Shown piece by piece: positions 17,686-28,371 of a stretch of 64,000 bases of DNA; position 1 is the first letter of the stretch, and each line of letters begins with the position of its first letter. The position numbers were made by a program, and so were the translations under genes. Source of the stretch: Candidatus Altiarchaeales archaeon (GTDB lineage: Archaea; Altiarchaeota; Altiarchaeia; IMC4; SCGC-AAA252-I15); the NCBI GenBank assembly GCA_014727915.1, contig WJMO01000005.1:384001-448000 (forward strand), read 5' to 3'. Below the pieces are notes generated by a model that saw only the letters and a list, made by a program, of their open reading frames with translations, had not been told where the DNA came from and did no database searches.

Positions 17686-18294
17686 ATGAGAGGGTTCTAT
17701 TATATAACCGACCGGAAGCTCTCGTCCAAGCCGGATGTGGACGGGGTCAGAGAAGCGGTGGAAGGCGGCGCAGCCGTCGTTCAATACCGGGAGAAGGAAC
17801 TGGACCCTGTAGAAAAGTCGGAAATCGCAGCGGAGATGAAGAGGATATGCGAAGGGCGGGCGGTGTTCCTCATCAACGACAATGTGGACATCGCATTGGA
17901 GGTGGACGCCGACGGGGTGCACCTGGGCCAGGAGGACACACCACTCGCAGAGGCAAGGCGGCTGCTTGGCCCCGACAGGATAATCGGAGTCACAGTGCAT
18001 AACGTGGAAGAGGCGTTGGCTGCTGAGGCCGGATGCGCGGACTACGTGGCCGCCAGTCCCATATACGCGACATCCACGAAGGAGGATGCGGGAGAGCCGG
18101 CGGGGTTGGAGCTGATAGTGGATGTTAAAGCGGCTGTGAAGATACCAGTGGCCGCCATAGGCGGCATAGACGAGTCGAACATCGATGATGTTGTGTCCGC
18201 GAGGGCTGACATGGCCTGCGCCATCTCCGCCACGGTCACCAAAGAAGATATAAGGGCTGCCGTCGAATATTTCGCAAGGAAATGGACGAAGTAA
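17686..18294 (+). CDS. thiE: Thiamine-phosphate synthase
   Basis: YYITD, QYREK, INDNVD, GVHLGQED, TSTK, AIGGI. Start MRGFYY at 17686. Confidence 0.93.
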   Translation: MRGFYYITDRKLSSKPDVDGVREAVEGGAAVVQYREKELDPVEKSEIAAEMKRICEGRAVFLINDNVDIALEVDADGVHLGQEDTPLAEARRLLGPDRIIGVTVHNVEEALAAEAGCADYVAASPIYATSTKEDAGEPAGLELIVDVKAAVKIPVAAIGGIDESNIDDVVSARADMACAISATVTKEDIRAAVEYFARKWTK

Positions 18295-19805
18295 TCGTGC
18301 TGGACTTCGGAGGCCAGTACTGCCACCTTATTTCCAGGAGGATAAGGGAGCTTGGAGTATACTGTGAGGTCCTTCCATCGGACACATCCGCAGGGGAGTT
18401 GAGGAATAGGGACGGGTTGAAGGGTGTGATACTCTCCGGTGGCGCGGCCTCAGTATACGATGATGAATCGCCCCAGTGCTCTGAGGGCCTCTTCGAGCTG
18501 GAGCTTCCCATGCTGGGGATATGCTACGGCCACCAGCTAATAGCGCACCACACGGGGGGCAAGGTGAAATCCGGCGACGCCGGCGAATACGGCCTGACAG
18601 AACTCACCATAAAAGACTCCGGCAAACTGCTGGAGGGGTTGAAGAAGAAGACGCGGGTGTGGATGAACCACAAGGACATAGTCGAGAAGCTGCCGGAAGG
18701 GTATTCGGTGCTTGCTTCAACGGACCACAGCCCAGTAGCTGCATACGCCAACGATAAAAGGAAAATATACGGTGTGCAATTCCACCCTGAAGTCACCCAC
18801 ACGGAAGACGGGATGAAAGTGTTGGAGAACTTCATAGCCCTCTGCGGCGCCTCAAGGGACTGGAGCATGGCAGACTTCATAGATAAATCCGTAGTAGAGG
18901 CGAAGGAGGTCATAGGGGATCGGAAGGCCATAATCGGTTTGTCCGGGGGTGTGGACTCCTCAACAGCCGCAGTGCTCGTGTCCAAGGCGTTGGGCGACCG
19001 GCTCACCGCAGTATACGTGGACACCGGACTCATGAGATACAGGGAGACGGAGTTCATGGACGAGACGTTCAGCGGGAAGGAGATGAACTTCATCATAGTC
19101 GACGCCGCCGACAGGTTCTTCAAGGCGTTGGAGGGCGTCACCGACCCGGAGCTGAAGAGGAAGGTCATCGGCGGCACGTTCATAGAGGTGTTCGAGGAGG
19201 AGGCCGAGAAGGTCGGAGCGGAAGTCCTCATCCAGGGCACAATATACAGCGACAGGATAGAGTCCGGGGTGACAAAGCACTCCGACAACATCAAAAGCCA
19301 CCATAACGTTGGCGGCCTCCCCGAGGAGATGAAGCTTGACGTCTACGAGCCGTTGAGAGACCTGTACAAGGACGAGGTCAGGGAGATAGCCCGGCAGCTG
19401 AAGCTTCCGGAGGAGATAATAACACGCCACGTCTTCCCAGGCCCCGGCCTGGGCATACGGGTGCTCGGGGAAGTCACGCCCGAGAAGGCTGACATATGCC
19501 GGCGGGCAGGATACATAGTGGAGGAGGAGCTGAAGAGGGCGGGAGTCTACGAAGAGTACTGGATGGGCTTCGCTGTTCTACTGCCCGTGAAGAGCGTGGG
19601 CATACAGGGGGACAGCAGGAGCTACAAGTACCCGGTGGTGGTGCGGGTGATAGAGTCCAAGGACGCCATGACAGCCAACTTCAGCAAAGTCCCATATGAG
19701 CTGTTGGAGGCTATCTCCACGAGGATAACCAACGAGATAGCCGAAGTGAACAGGGTCGTCTACGACATAACCAACAAGCCTCCCGCCACCATGGAATGGG
19801 AGTGA
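18282..19805 (+). CDS. guaA: GMP synthase (fused GATase + ATP pyrophosphatase)
   Basis: DFGGQY, GICYGHQ, QFHPEV, LSGGVDS, IKSHHNVGG, FPGPGLG, KPPATMEWE. Confidence 0.97.
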   Translation: MDEVIVLDFGGQYCHLISRRIRELGVYCEVLPSDTSAGELRNRDGLKGVILSGGAASVYDDESPQCSEGLFELELPMLGICYGHQLIAHHTGGKVKSGDAGEYGLTELTIKDSGKLLEGLKKKTRVWMNHKDIVEKLPEGYSVLASTDHSPVAAYANDKRKIYGVQFHPEVTHTEDGMKVLENFIALCGASRDWSMADFIDKSVVEAKEVIGDRKAIIGLSGGVDSSTAAVLVSKALGDRLTAVYVDTGLMRYRETEFMDETFSGKEMNFIIVDAADRFFKALEGVTDPELKRKVIGGTFIEVFEEEAEKVGAEVLIQGTIYSDRIESGVTKHSDNIKSHHNVGGLPEEMKLDVYEPLRDLYKDEVREIARQLKLPEEIITRHVFPGPGLGIRVLGEVTPEKADICRRAGYIVEEELKRAGVYEEYWMGFAVLLPVKSVGIQGDSRSYKYPVVVRVIESKDAMTANFSKVPYELLEAISTRITNEIAEVNRVVYDITNKPPATMEWE

Positions 19806-19807
19806 AC

Positions 19808-20749
19808 ATGGACATCAGTGAATTGGGCGGCGAGTTCGCCCTCATTGAGAGGCTCACACGGGCGGGCGGTGCCGTGGTAGGTGTCGGCGACGACGCCGCA
19901 GTCCTGGAATACACTGGAGACAAATACCTTCTTGTGACTACTGACATGCTATGCGACGGCGACCATTTCCGCCGGGATTGGAGCGCACCCGAGGACATAG
20001 GCGTGAAGGCGATGGAGTCCAACGTCTCCGACATCGCCGCCATGGGCGGCCTGCCAACATATGCGCTCGTCTCCATATCCTTGACGGACGATGTTACAGT
20101 GGAGTTCATGGACGGATTCTACAAGGGACTCTACAGCGTCGCAGACGAGTACGGGTTCAGCGTCGTCGGGGGTGACACCACCCACTCGAATACGATGGCA
20201 GTGTCCATAGCATTGTTGGGCGAGGTTGAGAAGGACATGATGTCCCTCCGCTCGGATGCCATGGTAGGCGACCTAATATGCGTCACCGGAGACCTGGGCA
20301 AGAGCAAGGCAGGCCTTGAGCTCATGCTCGTGGGCTTGGGAGGGGATACCTCCGCCCACACGAGGCCCAGGTGCAGGCTCCGGGAGGCGAGGGAGATAAC
20401 AAGGCACTGTAACGCGATGATAGACGTCAGCGACGGACTGGCAAGCGAAGTCAACCACATATGCAGGATGAGCGGCGTCGGAGCAGTGGTGCACAGGGAC
20501 AGGATACCCGTGTCAGAGCCGACAAGGGAATCTGCTATGAAATTGGATGCAGACCCCATAGGATATGCGTTGAACGGTGGGGAAGACTACGAGCTCGTGT
20601 TCACTATCGCAGAGGGCGACCTGCCGAAGATTAAGGTCGGGTGCCCGATCACGGTCGTGGGCGAGATAGTGGAAAAGTCAGAGGGTACGATATTGGACGA
20701 TAGTGGCGTGTTGAAACCCCTCGAGGGCGGGTACAACCACTTCCAGTGA
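19808..20749 (+). CDS. thiL: Thiamine-monophosphate kinase
   Basis: GEFALI, GDDAA, NVSDIAAMGG, GGDT, DVSDGL, GGEDYEL. Confidence 0.95.
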   Translation: MDISELGGEFALIERLTRAGGAVVGVGDDAAVLEYTGDKYLLVTTDMLCDGDHFRRDWSAPEDIGVKAMESNVSDIAAMGGLPTYALVSISLTDDVTVEFMDGFYKGLYSVADEYGFSVVGGDTTHSNTMAVSIALLGEVEKDMMSLRSDAMVGDLICVTGDLGKSKAGLELMLVGLGGDTSAHTRPRCRLREAREITRHCNAMIDVSDGLASEVNHICRMSGVGAVVHRDRIPVSEPTRESAMKLDADPIGYALNGGEDYELVFTIAEGDLPKIKVGCPITVVGEIVEKSEGTILDDSGVLKPLEGGYNHFQ

Positions 20750-20782
20750 CTAATAAACCTCTGGGGCTAATATCTTCATGCG

Positions 20783-21508
20783 ATGTCAGTCAACGTTAAC
20801 GCGCCAAAGGACCTTCCGAAGGGCGCGATGGTGATCGAAGCCTTCCCCAGCAGGGGCTATGTCAGCACCCTGGCAGCAAACCAGCTTATAAAGAAGCTGG
20901 AGATGGATATGGTGGGGCACATAGAATGCGATAAGCTAGATGCCATAGCAGTCGTCCACGACGGTCAGCCACTCCACCCCATACGGATATACCACAAGGA
21001 CAACCTCATAGTCATATTCTCCGAGCTCATGATACCCTTCAACCTGGTTCACGAGTTCACCGCGGCCATAGGCGACTGGTTCAAGGAACTGCAGCCAGAG
21101 TCCGCGATACTCCTGGCGAGCGTGCCAGGGGTGTCGACTGAGAAGGAGCATGAGATAATGAACGTGTCCACAGACGAGGGCATGAAGAAGAAGCTCAAGA
21201 AGATGAAGGTGAAGGGCATGGACGAGGGCGTCCTCACGGGGATGTCCAGCAGCCTGATGATAAAATGCTGCGCCCATGACATCCCCGCCACCTCACTGAT
21301 GGTAGAGACCTCATACATACCAGACGTGCTGGCTGCAGCCTCCCTGCTGGAGATAATAGGGGGCCTTCTGGACATGGAGATAGACGTCGATGAGCTGATG
21401 GAGGCTGGCCATGAGATAGAGAAGAAGTTCAAGGAGACGCTTAAGCAGATCCACCAGGGCCAGGAGAACTACCATGAGATACATCAGCTGCAGAGCATGT
21501 ACCGTTGA
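20783..21508 (+). CDS. PAC2-family proteasome assembly chaperone (PbaA/PbaB-like)
   Basis: EAFPSRGYVSTLAA, HPIRIY, PDVLAAA; C-terminal HbYX motif (MYR). Confidence 0.8.
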   Translation: MSVNVNAPKDLPKGAMVIEAFPSRGYVSTLAANQLIKKLEMDMVGHIECDKLDAIAVVHDGQPLHPIRIYHKDNLIVIFSELMIPFNLVHEFTAAIGDWFKELQPESAILLASVPGVSTEKEHEIMNVSTDEGMKKKLKKMKVKGMDEGVLTGMSSSLMIKCCAHDIPATSLMVETSYIPDVLAAASLLEIIGGLLDMEIDVDELMEAGHEIEKKFKETLKQIHQGQENYHEIHQLQSMYR

Positions 21509-22056
21509 AGATGAGCGTGCAGGAACTGCTGGAAGAGACCCTTTCCGAGAGCTTTGAACTATATCGCAGGAACTTCATAGCATTGGTACTTGCCACGTTG
21601 GCAGCTTCTGTCCTCTCAATATTCATAGTGACAGTAGCGCCCCTGTTCTTCGGCTTGTATGTGATGGCCGTCAAGGCGTTGAAGGGGCGCAAGCCTCTGA
21701 CAGGGGATGTCTTCAAAGGCTTCGACTACTTCATACTCAGCTGGGTTCTGTTCATCATAGTCGGTGCAATGTCATTGGCGGGGCTCATATTCCTGATAGT
21801 GCCCGGGATCGCGGTCATGGTGCTTTTCCAGTATGCCGTCCCCATCGCGCTGCTGGAGAAGAAGGGCGCGGTAGACAGCCTGAAGCGCAGCTACAAGATG
21901 GCGGTGGGTAACCTCGGGTTCTCGGCGTTGCTATGGCTCATCCTCATGGTATTGAACGTTGCCGGGGGCTCGATAACCTTCGGGATCCTCCTGACCCAAC
22001 CCTATTCCGTGGTGGCGCTCTGCCTGGCAGCCAAGAAACTATTGAAGAAAAAATAG
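21505..22056 (+). CDS. Integral membrane protein (4-5 TM)
   Basis: Hydrophobic; DVFKGF and GAVDSLKRS patterns typical of a widespread uncharacterised membrane family. Confidence 0.7.
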   Translation: MKMSVQELLEETLSESFELYRRNFIALVLATLAASVLSIFIVTVAPLFFGLYVMAVKALKGRKPLTGDVFKGFDYFILSWVLFIIVGAMSLAGLIFLIVPGIAVMVLFQYAVPIALLEKKGAVDSLKRSYKMAVGNLGFSALLWLILMVLNVAGGSITFGILLTQPYSVVALCLAAKKLLKKK

Positions 22057-22098
22057 GAACAGTTTAAAGAAAAGTTAAAATAATTGAAAAAAGGGGGT

Positions 22099-24081
22099 TT
22101 AGCCCCCTTTCTTGTTGTGCTTTACAAGGCTTTTCACGCACATCATGCCTGCCATGAGGGATATGACGTACAGCACGTACTTGAGCCATGCTGCCACCAC
22201 GAGCACGCTTATCTCCAGTGGCTCGTCCTTGTGGACCAGGTGGGAGGTGACGGATATGGTCTTGCCCATGTATGGGAGCTCCAATCTCACGGGCAGCACG
22301 CCCTCCCTGACGGGCACGTTCAAGGCTCCCTCGCCCGCTCCTAGGACGCTCATGGACTTCTGCATCACCATGGGAGCCTCGGCTTCATCGACCATCGCAT
22401 AGTCTGCGTCGTAGACTACCGCCCTGCTCTCATAGCCTGCTGAACTGCCTCCCATGCTGAATATGCCCATGGACAGCACCCCGAAGAACGCCACCACGAA
22501 AAGGCAGATTACGACCAACACCGCCGCTCCTGCGAGCATCCACTTCACGGACTGCTGGGACACGTATCTCCTTATGACCCACACCATCGAGGCTATTATC
22601 GACAGTATGAGCAGCACCCAGCTGAAGTAGAAGAGCCCCACGCTGAATACCAGGTATAGGAGCGCGTATTTGAAGCTGGACTTCATCATATAACCCAGCC
22701 CGAAGAACACTATCGTGAATATCAGCACCGACTCCAGCGATGGCAGCTCGCTGCCTCCCTTGGCGCCGTAGGTCCACAATACGATGTAGTCCTTTGGCAG
22801 GAGTATCTGCGTCGTGGCCTCGGTGATTGTGAGGTCCGTGTTGGCGACGGGCACGTCGATCATGTCTATGAACTTCAGCGGCTCCCTGGACTCGAAGTAT
22901 ATCATGTCCAACGTCCCATGCTCTGTCTTCGGGAACGAGAGGAATAGCTTGTCATCGTCTTTTGTGAGCTTCACCGAGCTCCTGTAGCCAGTGGCCGCAT
23001 ACAATGGCGTGCCGGGGGCTTCGATGCCTATGTAGTCCATGCCCGTGTTGCTGTACTTGTAGGTAAGCTCGGCCAGCATGCTCCCCTTCTCGGTGATGGC
23101 TATCCTGTTGACGGCCCTGCTCACCGAAGCCGCAAGGGACGGGAACATCTCAAGCTTGTCCACGGTTATGCTGAACGCGTCCTTGGGCGACGCCAGGAAA
23201 GCCCTCGCATTGCTGTAGGATGGGCTTATCGAGGATTGGCTGAGGTCTATCTCCTCCGCCCCGGTGGATATTGTTATCTTCTTCTGGGGGTCTGACTCTA
23301 TGAGCACATGGTGCCGTCCCTCATCCAATGGTATCCTCAGGTTCCTGCTGTCGAACGTCCCTGATATGGCCACGTTCGCGGTTTCACCCTCCAATTCCAT
23401 GGTTAGGACGCTGCCCGAGATGCTGTAGTCCGTCGCGCCGACGACTGAGACGATGCTCTCCCCGTTGCGTAGTGTGAGGGTCGCCTGACCGAGCGAGCTT
23501 CCGAAGGACCGGTAGTCCAGGCGGTAGCTGAACTGGTCCCTCTCCGCGTATGAGTATTTGAAGCTGCCGTCCACGAGCATTGCGACCTTGTCGCTCCTCT
23601 GCACTATGACCTCACGCTCCTTGAGGCCGTACTGGTCTCCTTTGATGGCGTATCCGTTCTCTATGTCGAATGTCATCTCGTTCACTGGGCCCGGGACATA
23701 GAGTCTGACCTGGCCCCGGGTCCTGATGGTCAGGTCGCCCCTGAACGTGAACTCGCCCTCCTCCAATATCATGTAGTAGCCTTCCTTGTCGAATGAAACG
23801 GTAACGGGACGTCCGTTGACCCTCATGTTGTCGACGAGAACGTCCTCCGGCCTACCGAGGATGTAGACTTTCACATCCTCCCCGGCTATGACCTCCCCCG
23901 TTCCCTCAAGGGTGAGCATGTTCTCGTTGAGGTCTCCCGAGACCGTCATGTCCTCGAGCGCGTAGAAGCTGGGTTTCGTCTCGTTTACGATCACTATCTC
24001 AGCCGAGCTGTTCTCGGCCAACAATACCCCCAATACTATGAACAAAACCGGCACTAACAATATGAGATTCCTGTTTTTCAT
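22099..24081 (-). CDS. Hypothetical membrane-anchored protein with large extracellular beta domain
   Basis: Signal peptide, about 420 aa soluble region, 4-5 C-terminal TM segments. Confidence 0.75.
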   Translation of the reverse strand: MKNRNLILLVPVLFIVLGVLLAENSSAEIVIVNETKPSFYALEDMTVSGDLNENMLTLEGTGEVIAGEDVKVYILGRPEDVLVDNMRVNGRPVTVSFDKEGYYMILEEGEFTFRGDLTIRTRGQVRLYVPGPVNEMTFDIENGYAIKGDQYGLKEREVIVQRSDKVAMLVDGSFKYSYAERDQFSYRLDYRSFGSSLGQATLTLRNGESIVSVVGATDYSISGSVLTMELEGETANVAISGTFDSRNLRIPLDEGRHHVLIESDPQKKITISTGAEEIDLSQSSISPSYSNARAFLASPKDAFSITVDKLEMFPSLAASVSRAVNRIAITEKGSMLAELTYKYSNTGMDYIGIEAPGTPLYAATGYRSSVKLTKDDDKLFLSFPKTEHGTLDMIYFESREPLKFIDMIDVPVANTDLTITEATTQILLPKDYIVLWTYGAKGGSELPSLESVLIFTIVFFGLGYMMKSSFKYALLYLVFSVGLFYFSWVLLILSIIASMVWVIRRYVSQQSVKWMLAGAAVLVVICLFVVAFFGVLSMGIFSMGGSSAGYESRAVVYDADYAMVDEAEAPMVMQKSMSVLGAGEGALNVPVREGVLPVRLELPYMGKTISVTSHLVHKDEPLEISVLVVAAWLKYVLYVISLMAGMMCVKSLVKHNKKGG

Positions 24082-24190
24082 GCTTAACTATGGCTAAGGC
24101 TAGTATATAAAATTCAACGTTTATTTTCGGCATCGCCCGAAACTCTGAGGTTTATATTCGCAGGGATTAAATCGTTTATATGGTGGGCCT

Positions 24191-24682
24191 ATGAACCTGT
24201 ATCGTATGCTCCGAAACCTCAGGAAGAGCCCTGATAACGTTGAGAGGGACAGGCTGATGGCGCGCTTGAACGGCAGGCGATACTTCACAGAGGACGAGCT
24301 TAACGAGATATTCTCATACAGGAGACTGGGATACCACCACAACGCCAACGCGGTCGAGATAACCACCAAGGCCTTCGAACCGGATTCCTCCCTGGGGGAT
24401 GGGATACGGGTCTTGAAGCGTTTGAACGGTGTGGACATGGCATCCGCATCCCTGATACTCTCGTTCCAGAATCCATTCTCCTACGCCGAGCTGGACAGCC
24501 GCGCATGGAACAAGCTCAGGAAATACCACGGCTTCAAGGGCGTGGAAAAGGACTTTAAATCCGATTTCTCCACTGTAGAATACGGGAAGTACCTGGAGGC
24601 CCTCAAGCTGATCGCTGAAGACTATGGGATGCGGGTGGCTGACGTCCAGTTCGTCCTGGCGTCGAACGTTAATGATGACTAA
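24191..24682 (+). CDS. Hypothetical protein, possible helix-hairpin-helix glycosylase-like fold
   Basis: LKRLNGVDMASASLIL...LDSRAW resembles an HhH followed by Asp. Confidence 0.45.
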   Translation: MNLYRMLRNLRKSPDNVERDRLMARLNGRRYFTEDELNEIFSYRRLGYHHNANAVEITTKAFEPDSSLGDGIRVLKRLNGVDMASASLILSFQNPFSYAELDSRAWNKLRKYHGFKGVEKDFKSDFSTVEYGKYLEALKLIAEDYGMRVADVQFVLASNVNDD

Positions 24683-25304
24683 TATCATAATGTTGGGCCC
24701 CCCGGGCTCTGGTAAGGGAACTCAGGCGGAGATGATATCCGAAAAGTACGGTTGGCCCCAGATATCCACCGGCAACATACTGAGACATGCGATCGAAGCC
24801 AAATCCAAGCTGGGATTGGAGGCCGAGTCCTACATGGGCCGGGGGGAGCTGGTCCCCGACGAGGTCGTTGACGGCATAGTCGCTGAGAGGCTCTCCCACG
24901 AGGACTGCAGGTCAGGGTTCATACTGGACGGTTTCCCCCGGGACCTCCACCAGGCTCATGCGTTGGAGGAGATAGCCTCCATAGACCATGTCTTCGACAT
25001 AAGAGTGCCGGACCAGGCCATCGTTGACAGGCTGTCCAAGCGGAGGGTCTGCGACTGCGGGGAAACATACCACCTGGAATACAACCCCCCCAGAGCCGAG
25101 GGTGTCTGCGACGAGTGCGGAAAGCCCCTCTACCAGCGGGACGATGACAATGAGGGGACCATAAGGAACCGTCTGAAAGTATACCATGAGAAGACAGAGC
25201 CCCTGATAGGATACTACCGGGAGAAGGGGTTGCTGGTTGAATTGGACGGCACCCGGGACATAGGGGAGGTCTTTGATGGTATGTGCTCCCGCCTGGACGG
25301 TTGA
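24672..25304 (+). CDS. adk: Adenylate kinase (bacterial-type, Zn-lid)
   Basis: GPPGSGKGTQA, ISTGNILR, GELVPD, LDGFPR, Cys-containing lid, QRDDD. Confidence 0.95.
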   Translation: MMTNIIMLGPPGSGKGTQAEMISEKYGWPQISTGNILRHAIEAKSKLGLEAESYMGRGELVPDEVVDGIVAERLSHEDCRSGFILDGFPRDLHQAHALEEIASIDHVFDIRVPDQAIVDRLSKRRVCDCGETYHLEYNPPRAEGVCDECGKPLYQRDDDNEGTIRNRLKVYHEKTEPLIGYYREKGLLVELDGTRDIGEVFDGMCSRLDG

Positions 25305-25307
25305 ACA

Positions 25308-26546
25308 ATGATGGAATGGAGGGATTTTGCGGCCTTAACACTGGTTTTGATCTTAGCCGGTATTGTCTCGGCCGATGTGGTCAAGGTCTATGAGCTGAGG
25401 CGTCCGATACACCTTGGCAGTAAGAATATCTCAGACTGGGATGCATCTAGGCCGTACGGCCTTGAATTGGAGGATGAATTCCGGGTTGACGGCCCCTATA
25501 AAAAAGCTTGGATAAGCATGCAACTCTATGACAGGTTCTACCATCAGGGCACGCTCCTCTCATTCAACAACAAGACACTATCCAACCTATGTCGTGTGAG
25601 GGAATATGACAAATGGGTGTTGTGCAACATAACCATAGCCGATGAACTGTTAAGGCCTGAGAAAAACACGTTTTCCCTGCGTTCCATCTGGACTCTCAGG
25701 TATTCCGACCACACCGACTTCATGTTCAAAGACCTTGGGATCTTCCTGGAGTACGAGTCTTTAGAGCCTGAGTTCCTGGTGTCCAAGACTCAGTCGTCGT
25801 ATGAGGTCGTCTCAGGAGAGCCTGTTAACGTCACGGTATCCCTGACAAACATCGGGGTCAAACCGGCCTATAACATGTCCGCACGCGACATAAAGCCGCC
25901 TGGCGCCTACCTGGTTTCCGGCTCTTTGGAGAGGGAGTTCAGCCCCCTCCGCGGGGGCGACATACTATGGTTCGAATACCAGCTGGTGGCCGATGAGCCG
26001 GGAGGCTATGAGTCATGGGCTGGGAGATACTCATACTATGACGGTAACTGGACCCTTCACACGGGGGAGATAGACCCCACAGTATTCGATGTCAGGCCGT
26101 CAAAGCCCTTCCTCCTGGTCCGGAAGAACGTATCCTCCCCCACCCTCTATTTTGGCATGGGGGGTGTTGTCACCGTGACAGTATACAACAACGGCTCTTT
26201 CGGGGCTCATAACGTCATGTTACGGGACTATCTGCCGGCTAACTTCACGGTTTCAGGGGGCTCTCCGAACGCGTCACTGGGCTTCATAGGCGCCGGCGAG
26301 AACTTAACAGTCGAATATAACATCTCGCCCAAGGACCCTGGCACATTCTCTTCCACGGCTGTGGTCGAATACGAGGACTCCACGGGATTCGACTATGAGG
26401 CCCGGAGCAACCACGTGGAGATAACATCGGTAGTGCCTCCCTCAGTGGTTGAGGGCTTGAACCCGCTGCTGGTCCTGGCCGCAATAGTCGTGCTGATGGT
26501 GTTCCTCCTTGTTGTGTTCATACTTGTTAAGTCCCGCGGCCTCTAG
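25308..26546 (+). CDS. Surface protein with Ig-like (DUF11/BatD-like) domains and C-terminal TM anchor
   Basis: Signal peptide; two V-T-V-x-L/V-x-N-x-G...A-x-N repeats; C-terminal hydrophobic helix. Confidence 0.7.
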   Translation: MMEWRDFAALTLVLILAGIVSADVVKVYELRRPIHLGSKNISDWDASRPYGLELEDEFRVDGPYKKAWISMQLYDRFYHQGTLLSFNNKTLSNLCRVREYDKWVLCNITIADELLRPEKNTFSLRSIWTLRYSDHTDFMFKDLGIFLEYESLEPEFLVSKTQSSYEVVSGEPVNVTVSLTNIGVKPAYNMSARDIKPPGAYLVSGSLEREFSPLRGGDILWFEYQLVADEPGGYESWAGRYSYYDGNWTLHTGEIDPTVFDVRPSKPFLLVRKNVSSPTLYFGMGGVVTVTVYNNGSFGAHNVMLRDYLPANFTVSGGSPNASLGFIGAGENLTVEYNISPKDPGTFSSTAVVEYEDSTGFDYEARSNHVEITSVVPPSVVEGLNPLLVLAAIVVLMVFLLVVFILVKSRGL

Positions 26547-27067
26547 AAATACAGCGCTACTTCGCTGTCCCATGCGACATAGCATTTGGCTTCGGTCTCC
26601 TTTATGGTGAGGTAGTATACGTTGCCCTCATCGTGCAATGTCCCGCTGGAGTCCACCCATGAGCCTATGTTATGCTCTTCGACCTTGAATCCTACCTTGT
26701 ATTCCCTCCATAGGTGGCGTTGTATGACCCCCCGGGCATCAAGTTCAGGAGCCATATAGTATCCCGCGCAGTAGTAGTACTCCCTCCTTTCCCCGACGTT
26801 CTTCCCCCAGTAGCAGTCTATCGTATGGCTCGCCGACATCTTACTTGAGCTAGGAGATGAAAAATCGTCTAAAAAGGCGTTTTCAAGCTCTGGTTTGATT
26901 AGCTTGGCGTCTAGGTAATCGGATGACAGGCGTATCTGAATGCCTTTGGAGGCTACGTTGCATGGGGTGACATAGACCCTCGGTTTTGTCTTGGCCTTCT
27001 TTTTTCCGATGCAGGCCCCGGCAGACAACAGCAGGATGATAATTAATAAGATGTATATGTGGCGCAT
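26543..27067 (-). CDS. Putative lipoprotein
   Basis: Hydrophobic signal ending AGAC; 174 aa. Confidence 0.6.
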   Translation of the reverse strand: MRHIYILLIIILLLSAGACIGKKKAKTKPRVYVTPCNVASKGIQIRLSSDYLDAKLIKPELENAFLDDFSSPSSSKMSASHTIDCYWGKNVGERREYYYCAGYYMAPELDARGVIQRHLWREYKVGFKVEEHNIGSWVDSSGTLHDEGNVYYLTIKETEAKCYVAWDSEVALYF

Positions 27068-27122
27068 ATTTAATCACTTCTTTTATTAATAATATCTGTC
27101 CTTTAATAAAAGAATTCAAAAA

Positions 27123-28337
27123 ATGGTTCGTAGGAACTCCAACATAGCGAAACTCCATGCAGGCTACCTTTTCCCGGAGATCAACAGGCGCAGGAGGAAG
27201 CTACTTGAACAAGACCCGGACGCCAGGATAATCAGCTTGGGGGTCGGCAACACCACGGAGCCCCTGACCGGCCACATCAGCGAAGGCCTCGTAGGCTCTG
27301 CGAAGGGCCTTGGCACCGTTGGGGGATACTCAGGCTACGGGGACGAGCAAGGGCTCACGGAGCTGCGGTCCAAGATAGGCGAGAGGGTATACGGTGGCTC
27401 CGTCGATGCGGGGGAGGTCTTCATATCAGACGGGGCGAAATGCGACATAGGCAGGCTTCAGGTGATGTTCGGCAGTGGGGTGACGGTCGCCGTCCAGGAC
27501 CCCGCATACCCGGTCTACGTGGACGGCAGCGTTATAGTGGGCGCTACCGGAGGCTACAATGAAGGCAGGGCTTTGTTCGACGGCATAGAGTACATGTCTT
27601 GCACGCCCGAGAACGACTTCTTCCCGGACCTGCAGAACACTCGGCGCACGGATCTGATATACTTCTGCTCCCCGAACAACCCCACCGGGGCGGTGGCTTC
27701 CAAGAAGCAGCTTAAGGAGCTCGTGGATTTCGCGGCAGATAACCGGTCCATAATCATCTTTGACGCGGCCTACAGCGAGTTCATCTCAGACAGTAAGCTT
27801 CCGAAGACCATATTCGACGTGAAGGGATCAAGGGAGGTGGCGTTGGAGGTGAACAGTTTCTCCAAGATGGTAGGTTTCACTGGCGTCAGACTCGGGTGGA
27901 CGGTCGTGCCCGATGAGTTGAAGTTCGATGACGGTTCGGGCGTCAACAGGGACTGGGACCGGGTCACATGCACCATATTCAACGGGGCGTCCAACATAGC
28001 CCAACAGGGGGGCCTCGCGTCATTGGACGACGAGGGCTTGGCGGAGATGCGCGAGACCATAGCATACTACATGGAGAATGCGCGGATCATAAAGGACGCC
28101 TTGGATGAGATGGGGGTTACGACGTACGGGGGCGTTAACGCACCCTACATATGGGCTCACTTCCCCGGGCGGAACTCCTGGGACGTGTTCGAGGAGATAC
28201 TGAACAAATGCCATGTGGTTACCACACCAGGCAGCGGCTTCGGGCCCGCAGGGGAAGGCTTCATACGCTTCAGCGCGTTCGGCCACCGACAAGACATTCA
28301 AGAAGCGGTTGAAAGGCTCAAAGCTAAACTAAGATAA
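27123..28337 (+). CDS. dapL: LL-diaminopimelate aminotransferase
   Basis: GYLFPEI, GYGDEQG, SDGAKCD, YPVYVD, CSPNNPTG, SFSKMVGFTGVRLG, TPGSGFG. Confidence 0.95.
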   Translation: MVRRNSNIAKLHAGYLFPEINRRRRKLLEQDPDARIISLGVGNTTEPLTGHISEGLVGSAKGLGTVGGYSGYGDEQGLTELRSKIGERVYGGSVDAGEVFISDGAKCDIGRLQVMFGSGVTVAVQDPAYPVYVDGSVIVGATGGYNEGRALFDGIEYMSCTPENDFFPDLQNTRRTDLIYFCSPNNPTGAVASKKQLKELVDFAADNRSIIIFDAAYSEFISDSKLPKTIFDVKGSREVALEVNSFSKMVGFTGVRLGWTVVPDELKFDDGSGVNRDWDRVTCTIFNGASNIAQQGGLASLDDEGLAEMRETIAYYMENARIIKDALDEMGVTTYGGVNAPYIWAHFPGRNSWDVFEEILNKCHVVTTPGSGFGPAGEGFIRFSAFGHRQDIQEAVERLKAKLR

Positions 28338-28371
28338 TAAAAAAAGTTAGAAAAAGAAGAACTTTCAGGCT

